Under the pieces are notes generated by a model. The model saw only the letters and a program-made list of their open reading frames with translations. It made no database searches and had not been told where the DNA came from. Both the position numbers and the translations under genes were made by a program. From an uncultured Verrucomicrobiae bacterium (GTDB taxonomy: Bacteria > Verrucomicrobiota > Verrucomicrobiia > Palsa-1439), in assembly GCA_963812605.1 (NCBI GenBank), contig CAWEWF010000007.1, positions 1-64,000 of the forward strand: a stretch of 64,000 nucleotides of DNA. The letters are read 5' to 3'. Each line of letters starts with the position of its first letter. Position 1 is the stretch's first letter. Shown piece after piece: positions 29,354 through 38,105 of the stretch.

Positions 29354-29402
29354 TTGCACTTTCGCAGGCGGCTGCTTATATTCCTTGTGAAAATTTTCTC
29401 AA
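29354..29402 (+). promoter_or_regulatory. Sigma70 promoter (TTGCAC-17-TATATT) followed by a Rex/CRP-like operator TTGTGAA-AATT-TTCTCAA
   Basis: One mismatch to the Rex consensus TTGTGAA-N4-TTCACAA; overlaps the predicted transcription start. Confidence 0.65.
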
Positions 29403-29442
29403 ACTAGTCGGATTAGGTCGGGACAGAGAGAAGACAAACGGC

Positions 29443-29907
29443 ATGGCATATTTCATTACAGACACCTGCATCGGCTGCACCGTCTGCGAGCTGAAATGCC
29501 CCGTGGACACGATCAGCGGAAAGTCCAAGGAGTTGTACATCATTCACCCCGAAGGCTGCATCGATTGCGGGGTGTGCGCCATTTATTGCCCCGTTTCCTG
29601 CATTCAGGACCAGTACGGCAACCTCGTCACCCGCATCAAGCCGAGCCAGATCCCGAAGGCGAAGGTCATCGTGGACGACTGCACCGGCTGCGAGTTCTGC
29701 GTGGACATCTGCCCGTTCGATTGCATTTACATGAAGGAAGACCCCACGCTCACGGGCGCGGTCCACTACAAAGTGGCCGAGGTCGTGGCGGAGGAATGCG
29801 TGGCGTGCCGGCTGTGCGAGATCGTCTGCGACAAGGATGCCATTATCGTGCCGAATGCTCCGACCCATCGGGCGGCGATGTTGCCGTCCCAGTTGGAGAA
29901 GCATTAG
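29443..29907 (+). CDS. Polyferredoxin with four [4Fe-4S] motifs
   Basis: CIGCTVCELKCP, CIDCGVCAIYCP, CTGCEFCVDICP, CVACRLCEIVCD; no signal peptide. Confidence 0.92.
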   Translation: MAYFITDTCIGCTVCELKCPVDTISGKSKELYIIHPEGCIDCGVCAIYCPVSCIQDQYGNLVTRIKPSQIPKAKVIVDDCTGCEFCVDICPFDCIYMKEDPTLTGAVHYKVAEVVAEECVACRLCEIVCDKDAIIVPNAPTHRAAMLPSQLEKH

Positions 29908-29916
29908 TTCTTTCAA

Positions 29917-30888
29917 ATGAGTGACGCAAAGCAGTCAGGGGACGCGCCCTCATCCGGCGTAGTGGAACCGTCGGCGGAGAAATCGACGTTCGCGACGCTG
30001 ATGGTGCAACTCTTTGTGATCCCCCTGGCGGTCGTGCTGTTCTGCGTGGCGCTGGCGGGGCTGTTCATGTGGCTGACCGCCGAGCGCAAGGGATTGGATG
30101 ACTACCTGGGCGCGTTGCGCGCCAGTTCGGGCGAACAACGCACTCGGCAGGCTCAGTATCTGTTGAACTATATCCAGGACTCGAAGCGCTGGCAGGGGAT
30201 TTTCGATGTCACGGCCCAGATCAGCGCGGATCGCGAGCAGTTTCTCGCGAAAAACCCGCACGCGGTCACGGATATCGTGCAGGTCTTCACGGAGTCGCAG
30301 GGGCAAGACCCGAAGACGAGGCGGTATCTGGCGTTGGTGCTCGGTTTGTTGGGAGACCGCCAGGCCCTTGCGGTGTTGCGCGAGGGGCTGGGTGATGGCG
30401 ACCCCGAGACGGTGAAGAATTGCCTGTGGGCGCTGGGCCGGCTGGACGATGAAGATTCGGTTCCGCGGATCATTGAACTGACCCACAACGATGAGCAGTC
30501 GGTGCGCCTGATGGCGGTGTACGTGCTCGGGTCGATGAAAAGTCCGTCGGCGCAGGGGGTATTGGAAGCGTCGCTCAACGATCCGGATGAACTGGTGAAA
30601 TGGAATGCGGCCTTCGGGCTGGCGAGCAAGGGGAACGCCGCCGCCTGGGATGTGTTGGCGAGGTTGCTTGACAAGGAATACGTTGACCGTGTTACTCAGT
30701 TGATGCCGAAGGAGGGCCGGCCGTTGGCGGAAAACATCCAGCGGTACCGGGTGGCGGCGGTGATGTGGGTGGCGAAGCTGGATCCGTCGCGGGCCGCTCC
30801 GCTGCTGGAAAAAATGAGCACCGGCGAAGCGGATTTGCGGGTGCGCAATGCGGCGATTCAGCAACTTAATAATTTGAGACACAAGTAG
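29917..30888 (+). CDS. Membrane-anchored HEAT-repeat protein
   Basis: One N-terminal TM; repeated L.D.D..V(R/K)..A..ALG units. Confidence 0.88.
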   Translation: MSDAKQSGDAPSSGVVEPSAEKSTFATLMVQLFVIPLAVVLFCVALAGLFMWLTAERKGLDDYLGALRASSGEQRTRQAQYLLNYIQDSKRWQGIFDVTAQISADREQFLAKNPHAVTDIVQVFTESQGQDPKTRRYLALVLGLLGDRQALAVLREGLGDGDPETVKNCLWALGRLDDEDSVPRIIELTHNDEQSVRLMAVYVLGSMKSPSAQGVLEASLNDPDELVKWNAAFGLASKGNAAAWDVLARLLDKEYVDRVTQLMPKEGRPLAENIQRYRVAAVMWVAKLDPSRAAPLLEKMSTGEADLRVRNAAIQQLNNLRHK

Positions 30889-30890
30889 CC

Positions 30891-31493
30891 ATGGCAGATC
30901 TGAAATTTGTGGGAGCGGACAAACCCCAGCAGGGGCAGCCGTTGAGTCCGCGGGAAGAAGCGGTGCGGCGCTTGAAGGCCAAAGGGTTTCTCGATCCCTC
31001 GGGCCAACCCATGCCGCGCCGGCAGTTTTTTGTGAGCCTCGCGCTCGCCTGGGCGACCTTTGCCGCCGCGCTCGGGGGCGGATTGACGGCGCTCTTTGCG
31101 TTCATGGTGCCGCGTATCGATTTCACCCGGGTCAACGTCTTCAAAGTCGGGCCGCCGACCAATTTTGCGCCCAACACGGTTGACGAATCGTTCAAGGCGG
31201 CCCATCGCATGTGGGTGGTGAACCACGACAGCCGCATCTTCGCGATCCAATCCGTGTGCACCCATCTGGGTTGCACGCCGAATTGGATGGACGGCGAACG
31301 CAAGTTCAAGTGCCCGTGTCACGGCAGCGGCTACACGATCGACGGCATCAATTTTGAAGGCCCGGCGCCGTTCCCGATGCGGCGCTATGAGGTCACCCTG
31401 GCGGATGACGGGCAGATCGTCGTCAACGAAGGGCGGTTGTTCTTCTGGGAAAAGGGCGAATTTGACGATCCACGCGCCTTCATTGCGGTGTAA
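30891..31493 (+). CDS. qcrA: Rieske iron-sulfur subunit of a Rieske/cytochrome b complex
   Basis: Tat-like PRRQFF plus TM; CTHLGC and CPCHGSGY. Confidence 0.95.
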   Translation: MADLKFVGADKPQQGQPLSPREEAVRRLKAKGFLDPSGQPMPRRQFFVSLALAWATFAAALGGGLTALFAFMVPRIDFTRVNVFKVGPPTNFAPNTVDESFKAAHRMWVVNHDSRIFAIQSVCTHLGCTPNWMDGERKFKCPCHGSGYTIDGINFEGPAPFPMRRYEVTLADDGQIVVNEGRLFFWEKGEFDDPRAFIAV

Positions 31494-31499
31494 AGAGCC

Positions 31500-32279
31500 A
31501 TGCTGAACAAACTTAAAAATGTAGTCCTGGATTCGCAGATCAAGAAATCGATTTTTCGCGTCGGCATCCCGAATACCGACCGCAAGCGCGTGCTGATCGT
31601 CCTGGGCAACGTGTTTTTGCATTTGCACCCGACGAAAGTGCGTACGAGCGGCGTAAAGCTGCGTTACACGTGGTGCGCCGGCGGCCTGAGTTTCTTTCTC
31701 TTTTTGGTCCTCACACTGACAGGCGTGCTCCTGATGTTTTATTACCGTCCCACGGTGGAAGGCGCGTACGTGGACATGCTCGACATCCGCTCGCAAGTCC
31801 CCTTCGGCATCATGCGGGAACTGCATCGCTGGAGCGCGCACGCGATGGTGATCATGGTGATGGTGCATATGTTCCGTGTCTTTATGACGGGCAGCTACAA
31901 GCCACCCCGCGAGTTCAACTGGGCGATTGGCGTCCTTTTGCTCGTCCTCACCTTCCTGCTTTCTTTCACGGGCTATCTGTTGCCCTGGGACCAGCTCGCG
32001 ATCTGGGCGATCACGGTCGGTTCGAACATGGCAAAGGCCACCCCGCTGATGGGCGCGGGCGGGCCGTTCGCGGACTTCTTGCAAATTGGCGGCGTGCCGC
32101 TGGTGCATCCGGGGGATGATGCGCGGTTCATGCTGATTGGCGCCAAGGAGCTTGGCGGCACCACATTGTTGCGATTTTACGTGTTGCACTGCGTCGGCAT
32201 CCCGCTGATTGCGGCGGTGTTGATGGCGGTGCACTTTTGGCGCATCCGCAAGGATGGCGGCATCTCCGGGCCGCTCTAG
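31500..32279 (+). CDS. qcrB: Cytochrome b N-terminal subunit (b6-like)
   Basis: WCAGG, TGVLLMFYYRP, ELHRWSAH..VHMFR, FTGYLLPWDQ, YVLHCV..AVHFWRIRKDGGISGPL. Confidence 0.95.
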   Translation: MLNKLKNVVLDSQIKKSIFRVGIPNTDRKRVLIVLGNVFLHLHPTKVRTSGVKLRYTWCAGGLSFFLFLVLTLTGVLLMFYYRPTVEGAYVDMLDIRSQVPFGIMRELHRWSAHAMVIMVMVHMFRVFMTGSYKPPREFNWAIGVLLLVLTFLLSFTGYLLPWDQLAIWAITVGSNMAKATPLMGAGGPFADFLQIGGVPLVHPGDDARFMLIGAKELGGTTLLRFYVLHCVGIPLIAAVLMAVHFWRIRKDGGISGPL

Positions 32280-32309
32280 GCGCCAACAGGGAGGCAAGCA
32301 GGGTTTTCA

Positions 32310-33524
32310 ATGGAACAAGCAGCGGCAAGTCATGGCGTTTTATTCGAGGCGTTCAAGGCGGTGGCCAATGTGCTGGCCACCCCGTGGCTGAGCTTTTCAC
32401 TCACGACCATCGGGCTGTTGCTCCTGTTGCGCTTCCGCCGGTATGTCTTCAACTGGTGGATTGGCATCCTGGCCCTCGCGATCGAGGGCGGGGTGGTCAT
32501 CTGGGGGATGAAGGACCCGAATTTTTTGCTCATCGTCGGCAAACCGGACAACGTGCCGATCACCGCGATGTTGTTCATCTCCACTTTCGTGCTCTGGCTC
32601 GCCATGACGCAGGCCGTGAACAACGATCGGCGTGTGGAACAAAAACTGCCGCCGGACGAGAAAGAGACTTCCAACCAAAAAACCTGGGTCTGGCCCGACC
32701 TGCTTTACATCGAGTTCATCGCGTTGATCATCTGCTCCATCGTCCTGATCCTTTGGGCGATTTACCTGCGCGCGCCGCTCGAGCAGCCCGCCAATCCCGC
32801 CGCCACGCCCAATCCATCGAAGGCGCCATGGTACTTCCTCGGGTTGCAGGAAATGCTCGTGTACTACGATCCGTGGTACGCGGGCGTGGTGTTGCCGAGC
32901 ATCATCGTCGTCGGGCTGATGGCGATTCCGTACATTGACGTTAACCCGAAAGGCAGCGGCTACTTCACGTTCACGGAACGAAAGTTCTCAATCGGGATAT
33001 TTTTGTTCGGTTACCTGGCGCTGTGGGTCTTCATGATCATCACCGGGACCTTCCTGCGCGGCCCGGGCTGGAATTTCTTCGGGCCGTTTGAGTACTGGGA
33101 CCCGCACAAAATCGTCGCGCTCAACAACGTGAACCTTTCCGACTATGTCTGGGTGAAATGGTTCCAATGGATTTACCAGAAGACGCACATCGAGTGGTTT
33201 AACCAGGGTCTGCCGCAGGTGCGGAATGCGATCCCGCAATTGCTTCCGCCGGATCCCACATCGATTCGCTTGTTCCTGGTGGAGGTCGGTCACGCCATCA
33301 AGCGCGAATTCGCCGGCATCCTCTTCTTGGCGTTCTATTTCCTCGCCCTGCCCGGTATCCTGGCCAAGACGATTTTGAAAAAGTTTTATGAGGAATTGGA
33401 TTTTGCGCGCTACAGCGTGTTGGTGATGTTGTTCCTCACAATGTTCACCTTGCCGTTGAAGATGGTCCTGCGCTGGACGATGACGCTGAAATATTTCGTG
33501 GACACCCCGTGGATCAAGTTCTGA
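32310..33524 (+). CDS. Cytochrome b C-terminal subunit (subunit IV-like) with extra TM helices
   Basis: VWPDLLYIE, APLEQPANP..TPNPSKAPWYFLGLQE (PEWY-equivalent), AIPYID. Confidence 0.9.
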   Translation: MEQAAASHGVLFEAFKAVANVLATPWLSFSLTTIGLLLLLRFRRYVFNWWIGILALAIEGGVVIWGMKDPNFLLIVGKPDNVPITAMLFISTFVLWLAMTQAVNNDRRVEQKLPPDEKETSNQKTWVWPDLLYIEFIALIICSIVLILWAIYLRAPLEQPANPAATPNPSKAPWYFLGLQEMLVYYDPWYAGVVLPSIIVVGLMAIPYIDVNPKGSGYFTFTERKFSIGIFLFGYLALWVFMIITGTFLRGPGWNFFGPFEYWDPHKIVALNNVNLSDYVWVKWFQWIYQKTHIEWFNQGLPQVRNAIPQLLPPDPTSIRLFLVEVGHAIKREFAGILFLAFYFLALPGILAKTILKKFYEELDFARYSVLVMLFLTMFTLPLKMVLRWTMTLKYFVDTPWIKF

Positions 33525-33528
33525 GGCG

Positions 33529-36500
33529 ATGAGAAACCAACCCGAGACGCTCCACGAATACAATATCCCGCGCCTGAACTGGTGGTTCCTGCTCAGCGGC
33601 CTCGTGTTCCTCTTGAGCCTCGTGCTGATGATTTGGGTCGATTATTCCGGCGGCTATATTCCCTGGCTTGCTCTGCATGGCGATCGTGAGTGGAAAAACT
33701 ACCAACATCAATTCTACGCACTCGATATGAAGCGCCTGGCGGCCGACGCCAAGGCCGCCGAACTCAAGGCCAACGAGGCGGGCCTGTCCAAGATGCAGGA
33801 AGACCTGGATAAAACGAAGCAAGAGTTGGAGGGGAAAAAGCCCGAGGAGGCGAAATTGCAGGCTGCCGTGGATCAAGCGCGGGTGGAAGATGACCTGATC
33901 ACGCGCCAGTTCACCATGGAAAAGGCGGTGCGCGACCAGTACCGGTCCTTGTACGAAGAAGCGCTCGAGGCCAACAACATGAATCAGGACTCACCAGTGG
34001 TCCGTGATGCAAGGGACAAAGCCGAGTCGCAAAACGAACTCGTGAACCGGCTCGATCTTCGCAAACAGGATGCCGACGCCCGGCTCCAGGCCGCGAAAGA
34101 CAATCAGGCCGCGCTGATGGGTCACGAAGTAGAGTTGCAACACAGCATCAAGCGGATGGACGACGGTATCAAGCTTCTGACCACTCGGTACAAGCAACTC
34201 GATAGCGCGCTCGTCCAGGACGTAGTCAATGCGCCCGTCATCGAATTCGCCGCCGGGACCATCAAGGTCGAGCAGATCATCGCCGACAATCATCACACCG
34301 ATGTGAACTTCGCGACAGTCCCGCGCGTGGATCGTTGCATCATGTGCCACAAGGGCATCGACCGGAAGGACCCGACACCCGAAGACCGCGCCTGGCGTGC
34401 CAAGCACAAGATCGAGTTCATTGAGTGGTCGAAGCAGCCACAGCCGCTCCGCAACCATCCGCAAATGGATTTGTTCGTCGGCGACACCTCGCCGCACCCG
34501 GCCAGCACCTATGGTTGCACCGTTTGCCATTGGGGTTGGGACCGCGAAACAACGTTTACGCGCACCGGCCATACACCGGATGCCGAAGAGAAGCAGCCGT
34601 ACATTTTTGATGCTTCGACGAAACAGTGGGTGAACGTTCCGAAGAGTGAGGATGACGATGATGACGATGCGAAGGCGCAGAAGGTGTCGTTGCAAAAAAC
34701 CAATGTCGTCGAAATGACCCAGAAAGTTGCGTGGCAGAAGAATCACAACTGGGAAGAGGAAGAGTTCCTCATGCAGCCGATGCGCGCTGCCAGGTATGTC
34801 CAGGCCAGTTGCTTGAAATGCCACAATAACCAAACCAATCTGAAGGGCGGCGAGAAACTGGACCATGGTCGCCGTCTCATCGAGCAGTTGGGTTGCTGGT
34901 CGTGCCATAAGATGAAGCAATTGGAGACGTACACAACCCATCACGTGGCCGCCGGCGAGGATTTTGACAGTCTTTGCAAATTCTACGACGTAAATGCCGA
35001 CGATGTGCGCCGGCTGAACAGTTTCCCGGAGGAAGTTTCGCTGACGATTGGGCAGGAAGTGAACATCCCAATCCGCACGCTGCGCAAGCCGGGCCCGAGC
35101 CTGTACAAGGTGGCCAGTAAGACGAACAAGGAGTGGATGCGCAAGTGGCTCGCCAATCCGGTGGCTTTCCGCCCGAACACCTACATGCCGCGCTTCTGGG
35201 GACTCGACAATAACGCGGGCACGCCCGACCGCAATGCCGTCGAAATCAATGCAATCGCGGAATATCTTTTCGCCGTAAGCCAAGCGCGGCGCAAGGCACG
35301 AATGCACAGGGCAGCAATATGCTCGTCAATGACGGGGGCATTACGTGGGCAAATTCTCTGCCCAGTTCCGTATATCCCGCGCCGGTCCAGGGCGACGCCG
35401 ACAACGGCAAGAAGCTCCTCGGCCAACTCGGTTGCATGGGATGCCACGTCGTCGATGAGAAGTTGATGGACATCAAGGTGCCCGCGTCGCTCAAGCAATA
35501 CATGGACGACTGGCAATACCGGCGGTTGCGCTCGCAAGGGCCGCAATTGGCAGGCGTGGGCAGCAAGACCGGGGTCAACTGGCTCTTCGCGTGGCTGAAG
35601 GATCCGAAGCAGTATCATCCGAGGACGAAGATGCCGAACCTGCGATTGAGCGACCAGGAAGCGGCGGATGTCGCGACGTACCTTGCCAGTCTTCACAACG
35701 AGAAGACCGACCAGGAAACGTTGCCCGAGACCAAGGCGGATCTTCTCGATAAGGAAACCGTCGAGTACCTCCAGGTGACGCTGCCGATGGAAGAAGCGCG
35801 GCAAAAGATCAACAACCTCGACGACCTGATCGAGATGTATTTCGTCGACGAAGAGACGATGAAGTACTACCAGGACCCCGCGCGGCTCGCCCGCGAAGAA
35901 GCCCAGCTCAAGGCCCTGCAGAAAGAATTTGAGGAGACGTTCGACGACGCCGTGGACCGCAAAGCGAAGAGGTTGGCCGCGCAGATCGAGCAGGTAAAGG
36001 CGAAAATGCAGGCGGCGAAGCAGACGGTCGCCGCGATGCAGTTCACCGACAAGAAGAATGTGTACCTGGGCAGCAAATTGATTTCGCGTTACGGTTGCTA
36101 TGCCTGCCACGACATCCATGGATTCGAAACCGCCAAGCCCATCGGCACCGAATTAAGTGAGTGGGGCAGCAAGCCGGTCGATAAACTGGATTTCGGCCTG
36201 GTGGACATCGAGAAGGCCCGCCTCCCGTGGTTGAAGCAGAAACTCCATGCGCCGCGCTCGTTTGACAACGGGCGCATCAACGTCACGCGCATGCCGCAGG
36301 AGTTGCTGAAGATGCCGAAGTTCAACCTGACCGACGAACAGATCGACCAGATCGTCACCGTCATCTCGGGCATGACCGACGAGAAATTGACGCCGAACGA
36401 GGCGCGGCAATTGACGCCCGCGGAATTCCAGATCGAGCGCGGCCGCTGGACGGTGAAGGAATTGAACTGCATCGGCTGTCACATCGTGGAAGCGCAAGGC

Positions 36501-37163
36501 GGCGCGGTTCGCGCGACGGGCCTGCCGACGGGGATGGAGCCGCCGCTATTGAGCGGCACGCCAACACAATTGCACCAGGGGCAACGCACCCAGCCCGATT
36601 GGCTGTTCCAATTCATCAAGGCGCCGCAAACCGGCCAGATTCGCCCGTGGCTGCATGTGCGGATGCCGACCTTTGGATTGACCGATGGCGAAGCCAACGT
36701 GCTCGTGAAGTATTTCGCGCTGCAAGGCGAGGCGCAATTCCCGTATCAATCGCCGAAGATTGACATGTCGCCAGAGCACCTGGCCGCCGGCAAGCAGTTG
36801 TTCGAGCAATTGAAGTGCGCGTTGTGTCATATCGTCGACGGCAAGGCGCTGGGCAAACCACTTTCGGAGATCGCCGAGGAAGATATGCCGCGTTTGGCGC
36901 CCAATCTTTCGCAGGCGCACCTGCGTCTGCAGCGCGACTGGCTGGTGAACAAATGGCTCGTGGAGCCATTGGCGCAACAGCCGGGGACGCGCATGCCGCA
37001 GTTCGAATACGGTACGGCCGTCGCGCCGAACATCCTCGGCGGCGATGGACGCAAACAAATCGAAGCGCTGGTGGATTACGTGCTGACATTGGGCACGCAC
37101 GAGCAAGTTGCGGAAGCAGCGCCGCCCCCCGCGCCGGTGGCGGCGCCGCCAGCACAACCGTAA
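33529..37163 (+). CDS. Large membrane-anchored multiheme cytochrome c (8 CxxCH) with coiled coils and a LysM-like insert; split by a frameshift or insertion at about 35281-35370
   Basis: CIMCH, CTVCH, CLKCH, CWSCH in 33529-35466; CMGCH, CYACH, CIGCH, CALCH in 35319-37163; repeated GP.L...W...P...MP units. Confidence 0.88.
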
Positions 37164-37283
37164 CGTGAATTTTCGTGTACAACGGAAGCGTCTTAAGGGG
37201 TAGCGACAAAACGAATCAACTTTGGCCTTGAAAAAGGTTGGTTCCGATAGAAAACTGGTCAATTATCGACTGAAGGAGAAATC

Positions 37284-38012
37284 ATGAGAGTATCCAAAGT
37301 TTTGAAAGTGGCAATGGCGGTGCTGTTGACGGGAGCGACCTGCTATGCGGCAGATACCGCGTCAATATCCGGCAAGGCGATTCTGGACGGCACGCCTCCG
37401 AAACCCAAGAAGATCAAGAATCTGGAAGGCACCGATCCCAAGTGCGCCGAGATGCATGCCGATAACCCCCTGATGAGCGAAGAGGTGGTTGCGAGTGCGG
37501 ACGGCGCGCTGAAAAATGTATTCGTTTATGTGAAAAGCGGCCTCGGGGACAAGACGTTTGATGTGCCCAAGGATCCGGTCACAATCACGCAGACGGGTTG
37601 CCATTACGTCCCTCACGTATTCGGCATGATGGCCAAGCAACCGCTGAAGATCGTCAACGACGATGACACGCTGCATAACATCCACGCCATGCCCAACAAT
37701 CCCGATAACAAGGAGTTCAACAAGGGACAGCCGAATAAAGGCATGGTGTCCACGGTTACCTTCGCTGTTCCGGAGGTCATGGTGCACTTCAAGTGCGATG
37801 TGCATCCCTGGATGTCGGCGTACGTGGGCGTGCTGAACAATCCCTTCTACAGTGTGAGCAGCGATGACGGCACGTTCTCGCTGAAGGGTCTACCGGCGGG
37901 TGAGTATACAATCGCCGCCTGGCATGAGAAGTACGGCGAACAGGTCCAAAAGGTCAAAATCGGCGACGGCGAAACCAAGACCGTCGAATTCAAGTTTAAG
38001 CCGGCCGAATAA
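37284..38012 (+). CDS. Exported cupredoxin-like / carboxypeptidase-regulatory-like protein
   Basis: AAGGAG SD, signal peptide, LHNIH and CDVHPWM copper-type motif, AWHEKYG tail. Confidence 0.8.
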   Translation: MRVSKVLKVAMAVLLTGATCYAADTASISGKAILDGTPPKPKKIKNLEGTDPKCAEMHADNPLMSEEVVASADGALKNVFVYVKSGLGDKTFDVPKDPVTITQTGCHYVPHVFGMMAKQPLKIVNDDDTLHNIHAMPNNPDNKEFNKGQPNKGMVSTVTFAVPEVMVHFKCDVHPWMSAYVGVLNNPFYSVSSDDGTFSLKGLPAGEYTIAAWHEKYGEQVQKVKIGDGETKTVEFKFKPAE

Positions 38013-38035
38013 AGCGGGTCTGGTGCGGCAGTTTT

Positions 38036-38088
38036 CCGTTGCGGGCGTTGTTGGAGTCACCCACGGCGCCCGCAAACGGTTTGTTTTT
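38036..38088 (+). terminator. Intrinsic terminator or attenuator between the cupredoxin-like gene and oxidase subunit I
   Basis: CCGTTGCGGGCG/CGCCCGCAAACGG stem followed by TTTGTTTTT. Confidence 0.6.
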
Positions 38089-38105
38089 GAAGGGGACGCG
38101 GATCA

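Noticed and set aside
33529-37163. Octaheme cytochrome as an HAO/ONR/OTR-type enzyme or as ActA of alternative complex III
   Set aside because: The hemes are widely spaced, several in class-I-like GP.L...MP units; there is no CxxCK motif and no actBCDF genes.
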